Shown one piece after another: positions 1-7,922 of a stretch of DNA of 64,000 bases. The stretch's first letter is position 1. The number at the start of each line of letters is the position of its first letter. The position numbers were made by a program, and so were the translations under genes. The notes under the pieces are model-generated. The model was not told where the DNA came from and ran no database searches. It was given only the letters and a program-made list of their open reading frames with translations. This DNA comes from an uncultured Gemmatimonadales bacterium (lineage in GTDB: Bacteria > Gemmatimonadota > Gemmatimonadetes > Gemmatimonadales > GWC2-71-9): NCBI GenBank assembly GCA_963695555.1, contig CAVOGR010000007.1, positions 576,001-640,000 of the forward strand. Direction: 5' to 3'.

Positions 1-2
1 TC

Positions 3-191
3 GGCGGTGCCATCGCGGCATCGGCCGCGGTGGTTCCGGTGGTGGGCATCGGCATCGGGCTGGGTGGGGCGGCGCTGGGGCTCGGCATCGGTCGCACCGT
101 GTGGCATGCGCTGGCCCGGAAGAGCGCCAGGGAAGTGGAGCGTGTGGCGGGCGAGCTGGCCGAGGCGGCCCGGGAGATGGCGGAGAAGTAA
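3..191 (+). CDS. 3' end of a membrane-associated protein (partial, enters from left edge)
   Basis: Frame 3 reads GGAIAASAAVVPVVGIGIGLGGAALGLGIGRTVWHALARKSAREVERVAGELAEAAREMAEK-TAA(189-191); GC-rich third positions; hydrophobic segment then amphipathic helix. Confidence 0.6.
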   Translation, partial: GGAIAASAAVVPVVGIGIGLGGAALGLGIGRTVWHALARKSAREVERVAGELAEAAREMAEK

Positions 192-277
192 CCTAGAACC
201 TGACGGCACTTTAATGCCGCAAATGGGCCAACGTTGCTAGCGCTCCATCACCGCTGACCCTCGCTCCCTCTTCCCCG

Positions 278-559
278 TCAATCGGTCCGCTGGGTGATCT
301 CGATCAGGTGGTAGCCGAACTGGGTCTTGACCGGCCCCTGCACCTGGCCCACCGGGGCACTGAACACTACGTGATCGAACTCCTTGACCATCTGGCCCGG
401 GCTGAACTGGCCCAGGTCGCCGCCCTTCTTGCCCGACGGACAGGTCGAGTGCTGCTTGGCGAGGGCCGCGAAGTCGCCGCCCGCTTCGATCTCGGTCTTG
501 AGTTTGCTACACGCGTCTTCACTGGGTACCAGAATGTGCCGTGCCGTGGCCTTGGCCAT
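278..559 (-). CDS. ppiC: Parvulin-type peptidyl-prolyl cis-trans isomerase
   Basis: MAKATARHILV...FAALAKQHSTCPSGKKGGDLGQFSPGQMVKEFD...GPVKTQFGYHLI, 93 aa; GGAG RBS before ATG at 559. Confidence 0.95.
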   Translation of the reverse strand: MAKATARHILVPSEDACSKLKTEIEAGGDFAALAKQHSTCPSGKKGGDLGQFSPGQMVKEFDHVVFSAPVGQVQGPVKTQFGYHLIEITQRTD

Positions 560-644
560 CGTCGTGCTCCTCTCGGGGATGGTTCGTGCGGGAATTGGAC
601 CACGAATGTAATCGACCCTCCCGCGGGGAGAGAACCTGGCGGAG

Positions 645-1787
645 TCACCCGGTCGGCACCCACTCACAGCCGGTATCGTCGATCAGGTAGCGCCTGATGA
701 CCGACGTCACTCGTGAGGAATCGTCGAGTAAGGGCACTTGATCCAAAGCGAAGAGGGTGTCGCCGTGGACCGCAATCCGGGGCCACTCCGTGCCCGGAAA
801 GGGAAGGGGCGTGTCCACACACGCGGATCGGCGGTCCGCCGAGAGGAGGCTGATGAAGGCCCGTCCAAACACGTGGACGCCAGTTCCCATTGGTTCTGTC
901 CACCCGTCCTGAAACCAGAGCACAAAGGTGCCGTTCGGGAGTCTCCAGATATCCTTCAAAGCCGATATCGCCCTCATCTGCTCATCGAGATCCGGATTCC
1001 TGAAGCTGAATACCTTGAAGGCCTCCTTTGGGTTGCCGGTTCGGAGTCGTGCCGGGATCTGCACGGTGTCGAGCGGAACTCCGTCGATGGTATGCAAGGT
1101 CAGATAGTCGACCCCGGAGTAGCCAACCAACATCGTATCAGCCCACGCGGCAAAGGCTGAGCGATTGAACGTCATGAGATCGGGATAGTCGATGTATTCC
1201 TGAGGCCACGGGACCAGGTTTGAAGCGAGTGGTTCCGCGAGCCGGGCACTGTCGGGTGTCAGCAACTCCGGCACCGAGAGCGCCAGAATTCCCCGTTGGG
1301 AGTAGTAGTCGAAATTCGCGAAGATCACTTTCCCTCCGCGCGCAACACCGTGTGAGATGGTCCCCTGGGTTCGCCGGCCCATGTAGTAGCGCCCGGTCCT
1401 GCGATCGAATATCTGGATAGTGCGACTGGTGGGCTGCAGTATGAGGGTGTCTGCCAATGTCGTACCCTGGCTTAGGCTGCGGAATTCACCCGGGCCGCTT
1501 CCCTCCTTCCCGATGGTCCGGTCGATTCGCCCGTCCGGATGAAAGCGAACCACCCGATTCCAGAACTCGTCGGGGATATAGATCGCACCACGGTCGTCAA
1601 CAGTGAAGCTGACCGCGGGACGACCCAGATACAGCGTATCGTTCTCTTCGAGGATCACCGAATCGAGCAAGGCCAGGGAGGGGCCAGGGCCCTGCCCACG
1701 TTCATTGGCGCTGGCCGAGCACCCAACGATGAGGCAGAGTGCCGACGCCTTGAACAGTCCGACGATGCGTCCCTCATGTCTCGACAT
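645..1787 (-). CDS. Putative lipoprotein, 6-bladed beta-propeller (NHL-like)
   Basis: Signal/lipobox-like ALCLIVGC; NHL-like blade IYIPDEFWNRVVRFHPDGRIDRTIGKEGSGPGEF; GGAGG RBS before ATG 1787. Confidence 0.7.
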   Translation of the reverse strand: MSRHEGRIVGLFKASALCLIVGCSASANERGQGPGPSLALLDSVILEENDTLYLGRPAVSFTVDDRGAIYIPDEFWNRVVRFHPDGRIDRTIGKEGSGPGEFRSLSQGTTLADTLILQPTSRTIQIFDRRTGRYYMGRRTQGTISHGVARGGKVIFANFDYYSQRGILALSVPELLTPDSARLAEPLASNLVPWPQEYIDYPDLMTFNRSAFAAWADTMLVGYSGVDYLTLHTIDGVPLDTVQIPARLRTGNPKEAFKVFSFRNPDLDEQMRAISALKDIWRLPNGTFVLWFQDGWTEPMGTGVHVFGRAFISLLSADRRSACVDTPLPFPGTEWPRIAVHGDTLFALDQVPLLDDSSRVTSVIRRYLIDDTGCEWVPTG

Positions 1788-1900
1788 GATACCCTCCAGG
1801 CCTGTCTCTCTGCACGGTACATCCGGGGTATGAAGCCGCGGTGAATCGACCCTGAGGACCGGCCGCACCGACCACCACTCTGCAGGCCATCAAGCCCATA

Positions 1901-1916
1901 CTAGGGAAAACCCTAG
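1901..1916. promoter_or_regulatory. Palindrome CTAGGG-AAAA-CCCTAG, candidate regulator binding site
   Basis: Perfect 6-bp inverted repeat in the AT-richer divergent intergenic region between the propeller and SARP genes. Confidence 0.35.
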
Positions 1917-2054
1917 CATCGTTCGACAACCCGCCAATTCGGCTGCAACATTACAGAGTTTCCGGCTTCGTAATCTAGGGCCAGGAACCGTGTTGAGACT
2001 TGGTTGAGGGCCCGGCCCCACTGTTGGCTGGCCCCACGCGAGAGGAGCGGGCCC

Positions 2055-5000
2055 GTGACCGTACCCCATACCCTGTGCTGCCTCGGCCAGCCCGGCTTGA
2101 TCGGGCCGGACGGGCGAGCGGTGCGGTTCCGAACCCGGAAGCACCTGGCCCTCCTGGTGTATTTGGCGGTCGAGTCCCGCGTGGCACATCGGCGGGAGCG
2201 GCTAGTGGAATTGCTCTGGCCCAACGCCAGCCACGGCGAGGGCCGGCACTCGCTGTCCACCGCCCTCTCGGTCCTCCGCGCCAAGCTCGGCCGGGCCGCC
2301 ATCAAGAGCAGCCGGGATCACGTGCAGCTGGTCATGGCCGACCTCGAGCTCGATCTCCACCGCCTGACCGATGGCCAACTACTCGAGACCGACCTCATGC
2401 CGGCGCTCGAGGTGGGCGGGTTTCTCGAGGACTTCGACATTCCGGGAGCCACGGCGTTCGCCCACTGGCGGGACCAGCAACGGGCAACCTGGCTGCCACA
2501 AATCCAAGCCGCGCTCAGGTTCCTGATCGATCGCTGCCGCCGCACCGGCGACTTCGCCCAGATCGAGCGCTACGCCGACCGGTTACTGGCGCTGGACGAT
2601 CTGAACGAGGAGGGGATGCGTGCCAAGATGGAGGCCCGGGCCTTCGCCGGCGACCGGCTGACCGCACTCCGGTTGTTCGAAGAATGGAAGGAGAAACTCC
2701 ACACCGAGCTCGACGCCGCACCGTCGCCGCTCATCGAGGGCATGGCCCTCCGGCTCCGTCGCCGCGGTTGGGAACGTGCCAACACCAAGGAGATCGCTCC
2801 GGTCCCGACCGACCAGTGGAAAGGCCGGCGGTTCATCGGACGCACGCAGGAGTATGGCGCCCTCTACACTGTATGGGAGTCGACGGTCGGTGGCTCACCA
2901 CGGCATGCGTTCGTGGTGGGAGACTCGGGCGTTGGGAAGAGTACCCTGGTCGAACGCCTCGCGACGGCAGCCGGTTTGTCCGGCGGGGTGTCGAGCCGGG
3001 TGCAATGCTACGATCTCGAGCACGAAATTCCCTATGCGGCGCTCAGCAATCTGTTGCACGGGCTCATCGTGCTGCCAGGCGCGTCTGCAACGAGCCCCGA
3101 AGCGCTGGCGGAACTCAGCCGGAGTGCACCCCGGGTGCGGGAGCATTTCCACTCGATTCCAACCCCGCAGAACAGCCAGGGAGAGAACTCGAGAATCCGC
3201 CTGACCGACGCCGTGCAACAGCTGGTGTGCTCAGTAGCCGAGGAGCAGCCGGTGATGCTGGTGGTGGACGATTTACATCTGGCCGATGACGCAAGCATCT
3301 CGGTGATCCATCTCCTCATGCGGCGGATCGAGACGGACCGGGTGATGGTGCTGCTCACGGCCCGCACCGGCGAGTTGGGCCGCTCGCCCAACGCCAGCAA
3401 GCTCCGGGAGGCCCAGGCACGATTGAACATGACCACGATAGAGCTGCCGCCGCTCTCGGACGAGGAGAGCGCGGCGCTGGTCGAGAGCCTCATGGAACCC
3501 GATGAACCGCCGCCAAAGGGAGCGGTGCTCCAGGCGCTGATCCGAGCGGGTGCCGGGTTCCCCATGGCGCTGGAGCTTCTGGTCAAGGATTGGAGAATCA
3601 ACGGGGAGCGAAGCCTGGCCCTATCGCTCGAGGCCATGACCGAGGAGCCGCTCGCCCAGTCCGCCCCAGGCGACGCGTATCGACGGCTGCTGGACCGTCT
3701 GACGATGGGACTCGACCCGACGACGAGGAACGTGCTCAACCTCGCAGCCGTACTGGGGCCGCGGCTGAACGATCTCGAGATGTACGCGCTGATGGACTTG
3801 AGCCTTGGCCAGACCATGAGCGCCATGTCGGAGTTGGCCAGAATTCGAATCCTCCGCGACGGCACCCACGGGCTCGAGTTCGTAAACGAGTTGATCCGGG
3901 CTCAGACCTACCTCACGATCCCCTCACCACTCAGGCGCACCATCCACGGTCGCATCGTGGATCGCCTATTGGGGCTGGGCGATTGCGCGGCGGAGGCCGC
4001 GGGCCTGGAGATCGCGTGGCATTGTGTCAGAGCTGGCAGAGTAACGGAGGCGACGCCTTATCTGCTTCAGGGCGCCAAGTCGGCCATGCGACGCGGGGCG
4101 CCCTACGAGGCAGAGCGCGCCTTGGCCTCGGCCTTGGACCGGCTGGGAGAACCCGAGCGGAGTGAGGCGGTCCTTCTCTTAGCCAAATCACTCAACGAGC
4201 AGGGAAAACTGAAGGATTCGCTGGAGCTGTTGGAAAGATGCCGCCCCTTAGTTTCCGAAGACCAGGAAGACGTCGCACGCATCCTGACGCTACATAACAA
4301 GCTTAGGGTTCTCCCTCGATCTGGGGATGATGAAGCAGTCGACCGAAGTGCGCTTATGGCAATCACGCGCACTTCCACGACAGACAGTACAAGAGTTTTT
4401 GGAATAACGACTGCCTGCAGGATGCTCCCGGAAAACGAGACACCGGCAATCAACCGAGAATTGCTAGATATCATGGACAAGATTCTCGAAGACAAGCTTG
4501 ATCTAGAAGCCCGAGGGGCATTGGCGCTTGCCAAAGGAAGGATCTTGTACAGACAGAAAGACCTAAGTGGGGCCAGACGAGAGGTTACAGATGCAGTGAC
4601 ACTTCTCACCAGCCGAGGGCTTGAAGGCTCGATAGTTGCGTCACTGCAAGTCGCCTCGGCAATCCTTGCTACAGCAGCTGGTGAGTACGAACCAGCCCTG
4701 GCACACCTAAATACTGCTTGGCAGATCTCGACAAGGTTGGGCAACGACATCATCTGCAGTTCTGTTGCAAGTAACATCGCAATCTGCTGCAGCAGATTAG
4801 GACAATTCTCCGAGCAAGCACTCTGGGGAAGGAAAAGCTTTCAGCATGCAACGCGGACGCATATTCCGCATCACATAATGCTAAGTGCATCTGTACTAGC
4901 ACTTGCATATGCTCTTATGGAAAAGCCTTCACAATGCCTTGAGATGCTCGAGGAAGGCGAGATTCTCCTTGCGTCGTTTGAGGATCCTATCGCACACCAG

Positions 5001-5396
5001 TCCTGGTGCCTCTACTGCGCCGACACCCTACATTTACTGGGGAAGCACGAGGAAGCCATCAAGAAAGCAAGAAGAGCAGGCGTGGGTTCGAGTGCCGATT
5101 TTTCACTAGCAACCATTGTGGGAAAATATGCTCGCTGGACTGCTATACTCGGTCACCAAGTCGACAGCACACAAGCAGGGAATATCCTCAATCAACTTAT
5201 GATGCAGCGAGCATCTTACGACCGGCTTGATCAAGTCGAGATCTTAAATGCGAAGGTATGGTTCGATTTCAAGAATGGGTGCGGTTCAAACGTCGGTCGC
5301 GAATGGATCCAACGCGAATTAGGAACTGTGCCGCCCGGTGTAACCGATCTTCTCCAGAGGCTTGGTATGTTGGACTTTACCGCAGGACAGATGTGA
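2055..5396 (+). CDS. SARP/AfsR-like transcriptional regulator: N-terminal DNA-binding region + BTAD + AAA ATPase + TPR-like C-terminus
   Basis: RKHLALLVYLA...RERLVELLWP (SARP N-terminus); BTAD-like LLALDDLNEEGMRAKM; Walker A GDSGVGKS; Walker B VVDDLH; helical TPR-like tail. GAGGAG RBS before GTG 2055. Confidence 0.85.
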   Translation: MTVPHTLCCLGQPGLIGPDGRAVRFRTRKHLALLVYLAVESRVAHRRERLVELLWPNASHGEGRHSLSTALSVLRAKLGRAAIKSSRDHVQLVMADLELDLHRLTDGQLLETDLMPALEVGGFLEDFDIPGATAFAHWRDQQRATWLPQIQAALRFLIDRCRRTGDFAQIERYADRLLALDDLNEEGMRAKMEARAFAGDRLTALRLFEEWKEKLHTELDAAPSPLIEGMALRLRRRGWERANTKEIAPVPTDQWKGRRFIGRTQEYGALYTVWESTVGGSPRHAFVVGDSGVGKSTLVERLATAAGLSGGVSSRVQCYDLEHEIPYAALSNLLHGLIVLPGASATSPEALAELSRSAPRVREHFHSIPTPQNSQGENSRIRLTDAVQQLVCSVAEEQPVMLVVDDLHLADDASISVIHLLMRRIETDRVMVLLTARTGELGRSPNASKLREAQARLNMTTIELPPLSDEESAALVESLMEPDEPPPKGAVLQALIRAGAGFPMALELLVKDWRINGERSLALSLEAMTEEPLAQSAPGDAYRRLLDRLTMGLDPTTRNVLNLAAVLGPRLNDLEMYALMDLSLGQTMSAMSELARIRILRDGTHGLEFVNELIRAQTYLTIPSPLRRTIHGRIVDRLLGLGDCAAEAAGLEIAWHCVRAGRVTEATPYLLQGAKSAMRRGAPYEAERALASALDRLGEPERSEAVLLLAKSLNEQGKLKDSLELLERCRPLVSEDQEDVARILTLHNKLRVLPRSGDDEAVDRSALMAITRTSTTDSTRVFGITTACRMLPENETPAINRELLDIMDKILEDKLDLEARGALALAKGRILYRQKDLSGARREVTDAVTLLTSRGLEGSIVASLQVASAILATAAGEYEPALAHLNTAWQISTRLGNDIICSSVASNIAICCSRLGQFSEQALWGRKSFQHATRTHIPHHIMLSASVLALAYALMEKPSQCLEMLEEGEILLASFEDPIAHQSWCLYCADTLHLLGKHEEAIKKARRAGVGSSADFSLATIVGKYARWTAILGHQVDSTQAGNILNQLMMQRASYDRLDQVEILNAKVWFDFKNGCGSNVGREWIQRELGTVPPGVTDLLQRLGMLDFTAGQM

Positions 5397-5414
5397 GGGG
5401 AGATACAGATCAAC

Positions 5415-6815
5415 TCATCCCGAAAGAAAGGTCTCGCCGCCTGAGAGCCTGATCCGCCTGGATCGACCCGGTGTTGGCTGCATTGCGACCGCTTGTTCGG
5501 GAACGTCGGTTGCCTCGGCGATGATGCGGCGGATGGCGACCGAGTTGGCCACCACGTCCACCAGCCGGGCGTCGAATTGGGTGCCCTTGCAGCGCTGGAG
5601 CTCGGCCATCACCACGTCCACACCGAGGGCTTTCCGGTAGGGCCGGTCGGTGGTCATGGCATCGATGGTGTCGCACACCATGATGATCCGGGCGCCCAGC
5701 GGGATGTCCTCGCCGGCCAGCCCGTCGGGATAGCCCTCGCCGTCCCAGCGCTCGTGGTGGTTCCGGACCATCGCCTCGATCTTGCCGCGGAAGCTCGAGA
5801 TGATGTGGACCAGCTCCGCGCCCTTGGCCGAGTGGGTCTGGAGCAGGGCGAACTCCGCCTCGGTCAGCTTCTCCGCCTTTCGGAGGAGCGGGGCGAATTC
5901 CTCGTGGATCTTCCCGACATCGTGGAGCAGCGCGGCCGACTCGATCTGCTCCAGTTCCTTCCCCGGCACGCCCAGCTCGGCCGCGATGGTCCGGCTCAGC
6001 TTGCTGACCCGGAGCGAGTGACCGGAGGTGTAGGGATCACGCGCTTCGATGGCCTTGACCATCAGCTGCAGCAGCTCCTGCCCGCTCTCTTGCAGCTGAC
6101 GGTACATGCCGTAGACATGCCGCACTGCGATGATCGGGAGATGACCACCAGCAAGCCGCCGGCCCCGAAGCCAATCGACTTGGTCGAATCGTATGTAGAG
6201 CCAGGCGATCAGCACCGCCTATTGCGCTGGCGCCCAGTCGTAGCCCAACACACCGCTGGTGATCAGTGCCATACTTCACGGAATGTACGGCCCGAGCTCA
6301 ACGCAACCGCAGCGGTTACAGCAGCTGTAGTTCGTCGCGAAGTAGGTGGCTGCAATCAGAAAGAAGAGACCTAGATCTCGCTGGACGAGCAGAGACGACA
6401 TGACCGCATCCGACCCCAGGTAGGCGGGTGGTAAGTCCGCCGCCTGAACTCTGGTATACCAGACACTGCGAGCGTAATGGAGAGGATCCGCTGAGAGACG
6501 TTGAAGACGACCTTGATAGGGCCGGTGCGCTTTCCCAGATCTCCGTCACTAGCGTGGATATTGCAACTACACACCCGCCCCAAAAAGCCGCCAAACAGCA
6601 ACGCAGATGCCATGTAAACGATGAACGACGTCGACCCTCTTACCGTGACCTAAGACGGGTGGTGTAACCACCAAGTATCACTCGACAATCGTAAATGCAC
6701 TAAAGGCCCACCAACCTGGAAATGGCAGACGGGAATGACCAGGCAGCGCCCATGGCTAGAATTGAGGCCAAGGCTACCAGGGTCACAGAAGATGTAGCCG
6801 AAGGTTGCGGGGCAT
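5415..6815 (-). CDS. Membrane-anchored HD-GYP c-di-GMP phosphodiesterase; N-terminal multi-TM sensor region broken by many frameshifts
   Basis: Intact DPYTSGHSLRV, LLHDVGK, HHERWDGEGYP and DAMTTDRPYR motifs in 5415-6120; hydrophobic fragments in shifting frames upstream to ATG 6815 (e.g. SFIVYMASALLFGG, PIKVVFNVSQRILSITLAV, LFFLIAATYFATN). Confidence 0.75.
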
Positions 6816-6830
6816 AATGGCGATGAAGAT

Positions 6831-7074
6831 GGAAGGGGGACCCCGACCAGCCAAGACCTTAGTTCCAGACTACGCCTTCGGCCTTGGACAACAAATCGGC
6901 AATGAAGTTCACTGCCGCGGCGAGCCAGCTGATGTTCAGCATGAGCGTCACCTCCTTGGCGTTGAGTCACCGAAAGAAGGTGGCAAGCCTCGCTATGGCC
7001 TACCCGACGCTCCGCTCCTCAGTTGTCCGCTCACAACTCCGCTCGGTCCTACTACACGACCGGGGTCCCCTTCC
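6831..7074. repeat. Inverted repeat (14-15 bp arms) bracketing the peptide ORF
   Basis: GGAAGGGGGACCCCG at 6831-6845 and CGGGGTCCCCTTCC at 7061-7074; they differ only by one G in a homopolymer. Confidence 0.7.
6859..6942 (-). CDS. Small 27-aa peptide MLNISWLAAAVNFIADLLSKAEGVVWN (not in ORF track)
   Basis: Extended Shine-Dalgarno AAGGAGGTGA 5 nt before ATG 6942; TAA at 6861-6859; lies directly upstream of the HD-GYP gene on the same strand. Confidence 0.7.
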   Translation of the reverse strand: MLNISWLAAAVNFIADLLSKAEGVVWN

Positions 7075-7154
7075 GTTTTCTCCTTGAGTGCGAATTCCCT
7101 GAATGAGCTCTCCCGGGGCGCAGCGGCCACCGCACCCGATCAAGCGGGCGAAAC

Positions 7155-7922
7155 TCAACTCGCTCGGCGGATCGCGGTCCACCGGTTGGTGGCGTCGAGC
7201 ACCGCAAACACCGCGGCCCGCTCGGCGCTTTCCCTGATCTGCGCGGTGCCGGTCAGGAGCAGGCTCTCACGCCCGCCCAACCCCTGCACCGCCGCAAAGA
7301 CAAATTGACAATCGAACCCCTCGACGATCTTGGCGCCATCGAGCGCCACCGAGGCTCCCTCGAGCAACCGGTCCAACACCTCGATCGTGGCCCGCGCCGC
7401 AGCCTCGACCCGGCTCCGCGGGGTGTCGGAGCTTTCCGCGCCGGCAGCCTCGCTCTTGCCGTTGCTCGACAGGCTCACGGTCAGATTGATATGGTGTGGC
7501 TTGGTGCTGGGCGCCACCGTCAGGTTCTCGAACAGCACCGTGCGATGGCGCGCCCGGATCGACACGGCGTCCTGGTCCAGCGTTTCGATGGGCCGGACGT
7601 CGGCCGTCTGCGCGATGGATATTTTCCGATGGTCGACCCGGAGGCCGAGCTGCGCCAAGAGGGCCGACTCGATATTCCGAACCACCTGCTTTGGCGCCAG
7701 GCCGGCTTGCGCCAGGATGTGGATCTCGCTCACCTCGCCGAGCGGGGTGGTGACCACCCGCGCCGAGAGGACACCCTCGAGGCTGGTCAGCAGATTCTCG
7801 GCACGGCGCACGCCCCAGGGGTCGGGTGCGTCGCCGCTCGCGAATCCGCCGCCCGCCTCGCTGAACCCCGGCCGTCTGGAAGAACCCGAACCCGTCACAG
7901 GGACCCCGCCTTGCGTCATCAT
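7155..7922 (-). CDS. Conserved hypothetical protein (two-domain, cytoplasmic)
   Basis: 255-aa ORF with typical codon bias; LEGVLSARVV...EIHILA...PKQVVRNIESAL...VDHRKISIAQ; start overlaps the stop of the upstream GGDEF gene. Confidence 0.75.
   Translation of the reverse strand: MMTQGGVPVTGSGSSRRPGFSEAGGGFASGDAPDPWGVRRAENLLTSLEGVLSARVVTTPLGEVSEIHILAQAGLAPKQVVRNIESALLAQLGLRVDHRKISIAQTADVRPIETLDQDAVSIRARHRTVLFENLTVAPSTKPHHINLTVSLSSNGKSEAAGAESSDTPRSRVEAAARATIEVLDRLLEGASVALDGAKIVEGFDCQFVFAAVQGLGGRESLLLTGTAQIRESAERAAVFAVLDATNRWTAIRRAS

Noticed and set aside
7021..7038. lac operator / vector contamination
   Set aside because: Only a partial match (TTGTGAGCGGA), with no other vector sequence nearby; treated as a native palindrome.
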